Of a stretch of 64,000 nucleotides of DNA, positions 47,109 through 55,458 are shown piece by piece. Both the position numbers and the translations under genes were made by a program. Source of the stretch: Anaerolineaceae bacterium. Its GTDB lineage: Bacteria; Chloroflexota; Anaerolineae; Anaerolineales; Anaerolineaceae. The notes below the pieces were generated by a model. That model searched no databases. It was not told the origin of the DNA and worked only from the letters and a program-made list of their open reading frames with translations. The stretch is taken from NCBI GenBank assembly GCA_038562515.1, contig JBCFBG010000001.1, positions 17,310-81,309 on the forward strand, in the 5' to 3' direction. Position 1 is the first letter of the stretch, and each line of letters begins with the position of its first letter.

Positions 47109-47141
47109 AAAAAGTGCGCCTTCATTGGCGCACTTTTTTTA
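47109..47141. terminator. bidirectional intrinsic terminator
   Basis: AAAAAGTGCGCC-TTCATT-GGCGCACTTTTTTT. Confidence 0.85.
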
Positions 47142-47182
47142 TCCATTATTCTGAAGGATCCAAGTAAGGAGTTAATCCTTCT

Positions 47183-47851
47183 TCAACTAACCTTACGCAC
47201 CGTTCTTCTCTTCGTAAGCACCACCAACAATATCCCAACCAACAGCGCAAACCCAATCACAACAACAAATGCATCCCGCCAGAATTCAAACGGAAACAGT
47301 CGGATCAAGGTAGAGGATTGCGAAAAGGTCCAGGTGCCATCCTGGAAGAATAGTCGGTGGAAATATTCAAACAACTTGTCAAAACTCACTGCCAAAAAGA
47401 CAAATAGTACACCCAGCAGTCCGATTGTAATCCAGCCGCCAGCATTAAAGGCCTTGCGGATGCTCTCCCACTGACGCATGATCACAAACCACAACAAAAT
47501 TGCAATACTCACTCCCCCCAATATGTACCAAACCGTTGAAGCAGCCGTGACCACATTCTTAACGTCCACCATATGCGAAAGTTCGTCAGGTGTATACATC
47601 TTCTGACCCAACTCATCTTGCAGGTTGCCCAGGTATTCGATACCTTGATCGTTGGTTAAATAACTGACCGCATAAGCTGACCATTTGGTACGTTCCTGCA
47701 CTGTGAACCCGTATGGGTCCTGTGGAAATCCCGACCGTTTGTATTCCAACTCAGGAAACGATGGTGTCATTACCAACCTGATGCCTGCCATGAGCAGGAT
47801 GTAGGGAATAAAAATTGCCAAAACTACGACTAAAATCTTATTGATTTTCAC
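47183..47851 (-). CDS. integral membrane protein (TIGR01906/DUF1461-like)
   Basis: 222 aa with N- and C-terminal TM helices. Family assignment is from recollection of the N-terminal pattern only. Confidence 0.5.
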   Translation of the reverse strand: MKINKILVVVLAIFIPYILLMAGIRLVMTPSFPELEYKRSGFPQDPYGFTVQERTKWSAYAVSYLTNDQGIEYLGNLQDELGQKMYTPDELSHMVDVKNVVTAASTVWYILGGVSIAILLWFVIMRQWESIRKAFNAGGWITIGLLGVLFVFLAVSFDKLFEYFHRLFFQDGTWTFSQSSTLIRLFPFEFWRDAFVVVIGFALLVGILLVVLTKRRTVRKVS

Positions 47852-48099
47852 AAAATGACCTCATTTTTTTCTTAGAAACCATCCATCACCCGCCCTGTCA
47901 CTCTCCCCAAGCAGTGCCAACGATAGGGATTAACCTTTACTACTGAGAAAATGTGTTTTCCTTTAAGGTATTATAAATCAAGAGAGAGAATGATTACTAA
48001 CAAACCCAGCATCATTGGTCAGGCAGTGATCAGGGCTTTGTTCATCACCTTCCTCAGTAAATAGCCTACTCTGCCTGATCTTTGGAAATGAAGGTAAAA

Positions 48100-50346
48100 A
48101 TGGATAATAACCCTCAAGATAATCACGAACTAATTGAATCGACACCAGATTCTCATCTTCATCACAGACACCATTCTGCACACAACCATTCCGAGCATTC
48201 TGAGCAAATTGAAGTTCACGCCCACCACGAACATCACATGGAGGTTCATGCATCAGAGCCAAACAATTCAGATAAAGAACAAACACACCAAAACCATACC
48301 CATCACGAACCCATGGATCACAGCAAAGCACCCGAAAGCCACATGGATCATGAAAGCATGGACCATGGTGCTCATAGTGGACACGCCCAAAGTCACAGCC
48401 AGCATCACGCAGCCATGATTGAAGATTTCAGAAAGCGCTTCTGGGTTGTGCTCGCTCTCAGCATCCCTATCGTCATCCTTTCTGAAATGGTCCAGATGCT
48501 TTTTGGCTACACACTATCTTTCTCAGGCTCCAAAATCATTCTCTTTATGCTCTCCAGTATCGTCTTTTTCTATGGTGGCATGCCCTTTTTCACCGGCGCA
48601 AGAGACGAAATAAAGAATCGCAAACCTGGGATGATGATGTTGATCACTCTCGCCATAACCGCCTCGTACATTTACAGCACATTGACAACTTTCTTCATCG
48701 AAGGCTCCGAGTTCTACTTCGAGCTTTCCACCTTGATCCTCATTATGCTCCTCGGTCATTGGATCGAAATGCGCTCGCAATTGGGAGCATCACGGGCGTT
48801 GGAAGAGCTGGTCAGGCTTATGCCTGAAACCGCTCACAAACTGGACGGATCAGGCAACATCAGCGAGGTCAGCATGCAGGAATTGGTGCCTGGTGACCTG
48901 ATTTTGGTTAAATCCGGTGAGAAGGTCCCTACCGATGGAAAAATCGTCGAAGGCGAATCTTCTGTTAACGAAGCAATGCTTACCGGTGAGTCCGTTCCTG
49001 TGAATAAGAAACCTGGCCTGCAAGTCATCGGAGGATCCATCAACGGAAATGGTGTCCTCACCGTTAAAGTTGAGCGGCTTGGCGATGAAACTTACCTTGC
49101 CCAGGTTATCAAGACCGTTCAGGATGCCCAGGCGCAAAAATCCCGTACCCAGGGGTTGGCTGATAGAGCTGCCGGCTGGTTGTTTTACATCGCAGTAGGT
49201 GCTGGAGTAATCACGTTTATCTACTGGATTATCCAAGGTGATATCAATTTTGCCCTTGAACGCATGGTTACCGTGCTGGTCATCGCCTGCCCCCATGCCT
49301 TGGGGCTGGCGGTTCCCCTTGTCAACGCAGTTTCCACCTCCATCGCAGCGCGTAACGGGTTGCTAATCCGGAACCGTAATCAGTTTGAAGAGGCAAGAAA
49401 CGTAGACATCATCGTCTTCGACAAGACCGGTACGCTCACAAAGGGCGAATTTGGTGTAACCGATATCATTCCCAGCGAAGGTATCAGTGAAGAGCAACTG
49501 CTCATTATTGCCGGTTCACTGGAATCCCAATCTGAGCATCCCATTGCTGTTGGTGTTACCAAATTAGCCCAGGAACGCGGGCTGCCGCTCGAAAAAGTTA
49601 CCAATTTCGAAAATCTGACCGGAGCTGGACTGAAAGCCGATCTGAGAGGCAAGACTTACCTCATTGTCAGTCCGGGTGAGGTTGACCGACGCAACATTGG
49701 TTATGACAAAACATCCTTTGATAAGGTTGCTTCCGAAGGCAAGACCGTTGTCTTTGTTTTGGAGGAAGACCAACTTCTCGGTCTTATCGCAGTCATGGAT
49801 ATCGTCCGGGAAACTTCAAAAGAGATCATTGCTGAGCTAAAGCGGCTTGGAATTGATTCTGTCATGATGACGGGTGATAATGACAAGGTAGCCTCCTTCA
49901 TAGGCAAACAACTCGACCTCTCCCGGGTCTACAGCCAGGTACTGCCAAACCAGAAATCATCCAAGGTCAAACAACTGCAGGAAAACGGTACCATAAAGGT
50001 TGCCATGGTTGGTGACGGGATCAACGATGCCCCTGCTCTTGCTACGGCAGACCTGGGTATTGCCATTGGTGCAGGTACCGATGTTGCTATGGAGACTGCC
50101 GACGTCATTTTGGTGAATTCTGACCCCAAAGACGTGTTGAGCATCATCAAGCTCTCCAAAGCAACCTACCGGAAGACAATCGAGAATCTTCTCTGGGCGG
50201 CTGGCTATAACATTGTCGCCATCCCTCTGGCAGCCGGCATTCTCGCCTCCCGTGGATTCTTCATAACCCCTGCCATCGGTGCCGCCGTGATGTCCCTCAG
50301 TACTATTATCGTAGCTATTAATTCAAGGTTGCTAAAAATTGAATGA
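48100..50346 (+). CDS. copB: P1B-type heavy-metal ATPase, CopB-like (CPH motif, His-rich N-terminus)
   Basis: Motifs TGES, CPH in TM6, DKTGTLT, GDGINDAP. The N-terminal ~100 aa are rich in H/E/S. The ORF opens at 48082; ATG 48100 follows AAGG. Confidence 0.85.
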   Translation: MDNNPQDNHELIESTPDSHLHHRHHSAHNHSEHSEQIEVHAHHEHHMEVHASEPNNSDKEQTHQNHTHHEPMDHSKAPESHMDHESMDHGAHSGHAQSHSQHHAAMIEDFRKRFWVVLALSIPIVILSEMVQMLFGYTLSFSGSKIILFMLSSIVFFYGGMPFFTGARDEIKNRKPGMMMLITLAITASYIYSTLTTFFIEGSEFYFELSTLILIMLLGHWIEMRSQLGASRALEELVRLMPETAHKLDGSGNISEVSMQELVPGDLILVKSGEKVPTDGKIVEGESSVNEAMLTGESVPVNKKPGLQVIGGSINGNGVLTVKVERLGDETYLAQVIKTVQDAQAQKSRTQGLADRAAGWLFYIAVGAGVITFIYWIIQGDINFALERMVTVLVIACPHALGLAVPLVNAVSTSIAARNGLLIRNRNQFEEARNVDIIVFDKTGTLTKGEFGVTDIIPSEGISEEQLLIIAGSLESQSEHPIAVGVTKLAQERGLPLEKVTNFENLTGAGLKADLRGKTYLIVSPGEVDRRNIGYDKTSFDKVASEGKTVVFVLEEDQLLGLIAVMDIVRETSKEIIAELKRLGIDSVMMTGDNDKVASFIGKQLDLSRVYSQVLPNQKSSKVKQLQENGTIKVAMVGDGINDAPALATADLGIAIGAGTDVAMETADVILVNSDPKDVLSIIKLSKATYRKTIENLLWAAGYNIVAIPLAAGILASRGFFITPAIGAAVMSLSTIIVAINSRLLKIE

Positions 50347-50380
50347 GCAGGGTCTTTACCCTGCTCATCTTCTTCTCTTC
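50344..50380 (+). terminator. intrinsic terminator after copB
   Basis: TGAGCAGGG-TCTTTA-CCCTGCTCA followed by a T-rich tract. Confidence 0.7.
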
Positions 50381-50433
50381 ACTTTTTAACCTGTCGTCCT
50401 GTGTTTTTTTGTGAAGAATGACAACTAGCTAAC

Positions 50434-51375
50434 TCAGACTATGCTCTTTACTGGCAGCATCTCGATATACCCTCGCCAGCCTTCAGGCGCGAGCTGCATC
50501 CGGGGTGCCAACTCCGGCGCATACTGATAGCCGTAGACCTCAGGGTTGAATGAGCCAATGCGTTGCATACAAATCCCCACCGCGTCCTCAAAATTAGCAT
50601 CGTCATAAGGCTCGCCCTGAAATACGATCATCTTGCACGGAGGTAGATCGATTACATCGAATCCTTCTGGTACCGTACCGCTATAATCCGCCGCAACTTC
50701 CACACCTTGGGCGTAAATACCCGTTCCTTCAGGTCGCATATTTTCTGGAAGCCACACCCCCACCGGTTCGTACAGAGCTTCCTTCATTTCAGTCAGCACA
50801 TCCCACGCATCGGAAGAGTCGTTGTTCTTCCCACATCCGATCTCCGTTGCGTAGGCAAAGTAGTCACCAGCCGCCTTGCTGCGTCTGAGAATCAGTTTTC
50901 TGGCTGGTCGTTCAATTATTTGAGTAAAAATCACTGCTGTATCTTTCATCTTGGTTTCCTCCGAATTCTTATTGGTTCGATCAAAATAGTTGTATGGGAT
51001 CAGCCACCCTTCCGGTGTCGGGAAGGTAGCATACTTTTTTGGCGAAATGCCAAATCCATTACTAAAGGCACGAGTAAAACCCTCGTGACTGTCAAAAACA
51101 AAATCGAGTGCGACATCGATGATCTTGTGTTTACCTACACGCAAGGCTCTCGCTGATGCGGTCAGCCTTTCGCGGCGAATGTATTCGAATGGGCTAAATC
51201 CAGTCTCCGCTTTGAACAACCTGGCAGCGTGGTATTGTGAATAACCAGCAGCCTTCGCCACATCTACTGCAGTTATGTGCTCATGCAGGTGGTCTTGAAT
51301 GAACTTTTTCATTCTTGCAATGGCAGGTTTGCTTTCACTTTTTGACTCGTTCATGTTTTCAGTTTCCATTTTCAA
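50434..51375 (-). CDS. AraC-family regulator with GyrI-like effector domain
   Basis: 313 aa. N-terminal HTH (AGYSQYHAARLFK...). C-terminal SOUL/GyrI-like half. Start is uncertain (51375, 51369 or 51354). Confidence 0.75.
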   Translation of the reverse strand: MKMETENMNESKSESKPAIARMKKFIQDHLHEHITAVDVAKAAGYSQYHAARLFKAETGFSPFEYIRRERLTASARALRVGKHKIIDVALDFVFDSHEGFTRAFSNGFGISPKKYATFPTPEGWLIPYNYFDRTNKNSEETKMKDTAVIFTQIIERPARKLILRRSKAAGDYFAYATEIGCGKNNDSSDAWDVLTEMKEALYEPVGVWLPENMRPEGTGIYAQGVEVAADYSGTVPEGFDVIDLPPCKMIVFQGEPYDDANFEDAVGICMQRIGSFNPEVYGYQYAPELAPRMQLAPEGWRGYIEMLPVKSIV

Positions 51376-51533
51376 ATTATAAGAGTGTATATTCGGGTTT
51401 TCTTGACTTCAATTGCTGTATTTCTGATCGATTTGAATGATGGATTTGGGGTTTGAGCCAAATCCACCGAATCTGGTATTAATTGGTAAAATTATGCCTC
51501 ATAGTCAAAAAATATGGTTATTTGAGAGGTTTC

Positions 51534-53393
51534 ATGAAATACGATGCCATCATAATCGGCGGGGGGTTATCCGGACTCACAGCAGCCAGCTTACTTGCCA
51601 AGAGGCAGCTAAAAGTTGCCGTAATTGATAAAGGTTACAATCCAGGTGGTTCTTGTGGTATTTTCAAACGAGGATCGGTAACTTTTGACAATGGGGCTGC
51701 CATGCTGTATGGCTTTGGTCCGCATGGATTCAATGCTCATCGCTTCGTTTTTAATTGTCTCGAAGAACCAATCGATGTGATTCAACACGAGATGCTCTAC
51801 ACCGTAGTTTTCAAAGGACACCGAATCCCCTTTTGGCAAGATGTAGACAAGTTTGCGGATGAACTTTCTAAAGTTTTCCCATCTGAAGCTGCTAACATTC
51901 ATCGATTTTACCGGGATATGTCAGCGATGTATCAGCATATCATGGTGGAATCTCCCAGTTACAGCACTGCCGACGAAACCGACCCAAAAGAAGGGCTCAA
52001 AAAACTTCTCAAACATCCAGTTTCGTATGCAAAATTTCTGGGCTATTTAAACAAAAGCGCGAAAAGCCTGTTAAGTAAATATTTTTCTGATCCAGAGATT
52101 TTCAAGTTTTTTGACAAACTAACCTCCACCTATTGCTACGCAACTGTGGAAGAAGCTCCAGCCGTTCTGGCAGCAGTGATGTTTGTTGACAACCATATCG
52201 GCGGAAGTTATTATCCTGCCGGCTCAACCCTTTTTCTGCCAGGTAAATTGGAGAAAGTCATCGAAGAAAATGGCGGGGACATGTTGCTCGAACGGGAAGT
52301 AACCTCCATCCTGTTTGAAGACGGAAAACCAGCTGGTGTAAAACTTGATGACGGAAGCCAGCTTTATGCTTCCAACTTGATTTACGCAGGTACTGTCTGG
52401 AATCTTTATGAAAAATTGATCGACCCGGCTTATACGACAGAAGCACGGCGCAATTGGGCAAAAAACATGGTCCCCACCTACCCGAGTGTAGTTCTCTATT
52501 CCGTCGTTGATCGGAATATCATCCCCCAGGATACCCAACCAATCGAAATGTTGGTAGGCAACCCGGACCAGTTGGACGAGAGCGAAGTAACCGCCTATAT
52601 TCTGAGCATTGATGACAGAACGCTCTGCGCAGATGATGAACACACCGTACTTGCGATCGGACCAACCTTCGAAAATTGGGCTACCTCTGACCCTGAAACC
52701 TATCAAAAAATGAAAAGGAATGAGGAAGCAAGGTTAATCGCCGTACTGGAGAAAAGATTCCCCAATTTCTCTTCCGCCGTTCGTTATGCTGAAGTAGCCA
52801 CGCCAAAGACTATCGAAAGATATACATTAAAAAATGGCGGAGCAGTTGCCGGACCGAAACAGATGCTTGGTCAGCATATGTTCCGCAGGTTACATACCAG
52901 GAGCGAATGGGACAACCTTTTCTGCTGCGGAGAATCAACAGTCATGGGCACCGGAACACCGACAGTCACGACTTCTGGTCTTTCGGCCGCCAATGCATTG
53001 CTGAAGAAGTTGGGTTTGCAACCATTTGTCTACCAGCAAGACATGAAAAACTATGTCAGGATCGTCGAAAAACCTTTTACTGAGCGAATGCTTTACGACA
53101 CTTATCCTGAGCAAGAACAGAAGATCATGCGACTGGCAAGGCAATGCCGCTTCTGTGAAAAGCCTTCCTGCACAAACGGTAGTTTCACGGACGTTCGAGG
53201 CATGATGAGGCGAGTTGCTTCAGGAAATTTTGTTGGAGCAAAAAAAGCCTGGCTAAAAGCCCCCGTTGACATTGCCAAGCTTAAAACTTTCGAGGAAAAA
53301 TGTATTTGTACCGTTGAAGACGGACAAAGTGTCGCCATCAGAGAAGTTGTTTCATATGTAGAAAAGTATCGCTTTGATGCTGTCGTTAACTAA
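51534..53393 (+). CDS. FAD-dependent oxidoreductase of the phytoene desaturase (CrtI/COG1233) family with a C-terminal Cys-containing extension
   Basis: MKYDAIIIGGGLSGL dinucleotide fold. GAGAGG RBS before ATG 51534. The last ~90 aa contain CRFCEKPSC...GNFVGAKKAW. Confidence 0.75.
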   Translation: MKYDAIIIGGGLSGLTAASLLAKRQLKVAVIDKGYNPGGSCGIFKRGSVTFDNGAAMLYGFGPHGFNAHRFVFNCLEEPIDVIQHEMLYTVVFKGHRIPFWQDVDKFADELSKVFPSEAANIHRFYRDMSAMYQHIMVESPSYSTADETDPKEGLKKLLKHPVSYAKFLGYLNKSAKSLLSKYFSDPEIFKFFDKLTSTYCYATVEEAPAVLAAVMFVDNHIGGSYYPAGSTLFLPGKLEKVIEENGGDMLLEREVTSILFEDGKPAGVKLDDGSQLYASNLIYAGTVWNLYEKLIDPAYTTEARRNWAKNMVPTYPSVVLYSVVDRNIIPQDTQPIEMLVGNPDQLDESEVTAYILSIDDRTLCADDEHTVLAIGPTFENWATSDPETYQKMKRNEEARLIAVLEKRFPNFSSAVRYAEVATPKTIERYTLKNGGAVAGPKQMLGQHMFRRLHTRSEWDNLFCCGESTVMGTGTPTVTTSGLSAANALLKKLGLQPFVYQQDMKNYVRIVEKPFTERMLYDTYPEQEQKIMRLARQCRFCEKPSCTNGSFTDVRGMMRRVASGNFVGAKKAWLKAPVDIAKLKTFEEKCICTVEDGQSVAIREVVSYVEKYRFDAVVN

Positions 53394-53418
53394 TTAAGCT
53401 ACACCAAGTGAAAATAAC

Positions 53419-53449
53419 AAATGAGGAGATTCAAAGAATCTCCTCATTT
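53419..53449. terminator. 14-bp perfect hairpin between the oxidoreductase gene and tRNA-Gln
   Basis: AAATGAGGAGATTC-AAA-GAATCTCCTCATTT. Confidence 0.65.
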
Positions 53450-53456
53450 ATTCAGG

Positions 53457-53527
53457 CTGGGGGCACTGGAGTCGAACCAATACATACGGATTCAGAGTCC
53501 GCTGTCCTGCCATTAGACGAGCCCCCA
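53457..53527 (-). tRNA. tRNA-Gln (CUG)
   Basis: Hand-folded. Acceptor TGGGGGC/GCCCCCA (U1-A72), anticodon arm GCGGA-CTCTGAA-TCCGT, T arm ATTGG-TTCGACT-CCAGT, discriminator G. Confidence 0.85.
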
Positions 53528-53617
53528 CTAACGAAACAATAGTTTACCAAGAATTAATGATTCTAACAAGGGTTCAATGGGAAAAATGGCGGTTACTCGC
53601 TTCCTTCCTAATCGCTT

Positions 53618-54763
53618 CTAACCGTAAACTGGTTCATCTTGCACGCTCCCTTTTCCCTGCTTGGGTTGGCTGCGCATGTGAACATTTTCTACAAGACCAA
53701 TACCCAACAACATTGAAACCAGCGAGCTGCCGCCATAACTGATAAAAGGCAGGGTCAGACCGGTGACCGGTAGCAGGCGCAGATTTACGCCAACATTGAC
53801 AATAGTTTGAAATCCCATTAAAACACCAAATCCATAAGCGATCAGGGCACCATAGGCATCTGGAGCGTTTTGAGCGACCTTAAAACAGCGGATAATCACA
53901 AAAACAAGGGCGGCAACCACAATCACTGTGCCAACAAAACCAAACTCATTCGCCAGAACTGAAAAAATAAAGTCGTTATGCCTGATCTTCAAAAAGCGCA
54001 ACTGCACCTGGCTGCCCTGCCCATATCCGTTGCCGAACCAGCCGCCCGCACCAATACTGATGAGCGCTTGTTCAACGTTATAGGTATCACCATGCCTGGC
54101 GTTTTCATCGGGCTGTAAAAAGTTGGTGATGCGCGCCTTCTGGTAATCCGCCAGGTAGGGGAAGTCAAGCGCAAACGAAATCAAAAGGAAAAGTGCTGCC
54201 ACTCCAACCATGATCAGGATGTACTTGGTCTTCAATCCGCTAATCCAGAGCATAGCTGCCCAGATAACAAAAATCACAATACTGGTGCTCAGGTTTGGTT
54301 GCAGTAAAATCCAGGTAACAATTCCAAGCGTGATAATGAGGCTTCGGCTAATTGTTAACCAATTGTTTATTCGCTCGATGTTGGCTGAGAAATAGCTCGC
54401 CAGAGACAAAATTATGGCAATTTTTGACAGCTCAGCCGGCTGAATGGTAACTAATCCTGTTTCCAACCAACGTGCTGCACCAAACCGTGCACCCCCAATT
54501 ACAAAGACAAGCAACAACAGAATTGCTACAAATATGTAAAACGGTTTACTCAGTGTGGACCAGACATGATAGTCGAAAGAAGCAACAACAAATAACACAA
54601 CCAGCCCAATCCCCAGGAATACTGCCTGGCGCTGAGGGTGTTCCGCCAACGTTGGGTTACCAGCGATGGCAGAGCTGATCAGTGCGACACTAAAAACGCA
54701 TAAAAGCAAAACTACCGCAAAGAGCAGAAAATCAAAGCGCTGCCAGATCTTACGAGTAAGCAT
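53618..54763 (-). CDS. rodA: peptidoglycan glycosyltransferase RodA (SEDS family)
   Basis: 381 aa, polytopic. Contains LPFISYGGSS. Located in an mre/mrd context. Confidence 0.9.
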   Translation of the reverse strand: MLTRKIWQRFDFLLFAVVLLLCVFSVALISSAIAGNPTLAEHPQRQAVFLGIGLVVLFVVASFDYHVWSTLSKPFYIFVAILLLLVFVIGGARFGAARWLETGLVTIQPAELSKIAIILSLASYFSANIERINNWLTISRSLIITLGIVTWILLQPNLSTSIVIFVIWAAMLWISGLKTKYILIMVGVAALFLLISFALDFPYLADYQKARITNFLQPDENARHGDTYNVEQALISIGAGGWFGNGYGQGSQVQLRFLKIRHNDFIFSVLANEFGFVGTVIVVAALVFVIIRCFKVAQNAPDAYGALIAYGFGVLMGFQTIVNVGVNLRLLPVTGLTLPFISYGGSSLVSMLLGIGLVENVHMRSQPKQGKGSVQDEPVYG

Positions 54764-55455
54764 CAGAGCAATCTCCGGGGTAACAAGCTATGAACGTCAA
54801 TCCCATCATCACCCTTTGAAACTACCAGTCCGTTTTGTTTGCGAAGTTTTGGCGGGATTTCCACTTCTTCCCCGTTGAGTATCAGGCGTCCAGTCTCTAC
54901 CTTCAACAACCAGACGTTTTTAGTGATATCAGAAGCAGAATTAACAACTGCCATCCCAAACAGCCTGCCCCACAAAACCAGTGAGCCAGTCACCTCCAGA
55001 CGGGCGTCTGCGGGAACATCTCCGATGACAAGCAAATTGCCCTTATGTTGGAAGTGTTCGCCTGTAGTCAAACTTCTCGGTAGGCAAGTGAATTTTTGCA
55101 AATCGCTGATGCTATCAAGTTGAGACGGTTGAGACTCACCCGGTTTCTTGTTGGGGTCTGGAAGTGAGGTGGGAAGGCCATGGTATTCTGCTGCTTGCAC
55201 GGTTTTTTCAGAACTGCTTAGAATTGTCCACAGGCAAACGCCCTCATCTGAAAGGTCTTTTAACAGTTTTAGCACGTGATCTTCAGACCAATCGGTCGAG
55301 CCAACATCAAGAGCAATTCGTCCACCCTTAAAGAAGCGCTCCTGGGTCTGGATTCGTCCGACCAAAAGATCGCGTTGCTGGTACCAAGGCACAACAGGGA
55401 GCGTGATCAAAACGCCTCCATGAATTCCTTTGACCTGCAATTCCAGCTGTTTCAT
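54763..55455 (-). CDS. minC: MinC-like septum site-determining protein
   Basis: 230 aa. C-terminal beta-helix pattern GNLLVIGDVPADARLEVTGSLVLWGRLFGMA resembles the MinC C-domain. Confidence 0.6.
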   Translation of the reverse strand: MKQLELQVKGIHGGVLITLPVVPWYQQRDLLVGRIQTQERFFKGGRIALDVGSTDWSEDHVLKLLKDLSDEGVCLWTILSSSEKTVQAAEYHGLPTSLPDPNKKPGESQPSQLDSISDLQKFTCLPRSLTTGEHFQHKGNLLVIGDVPADARLEVTGSLVLWGRLFGMAVVNSASDITKNVWLLKVETGRLILNGEEVEIPPKLRKQNGLVVSKGDDGIDVHSLLPRRLL

Positions 55456-55458
55456 TAC

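Noticed and set aside
47978-48418. ORFs 47978..48331 (-) and 48134..48418 (+)
   Set aside because: They are alternative or antisense frames of the His-rich coding repeat at the 5' end of copB.
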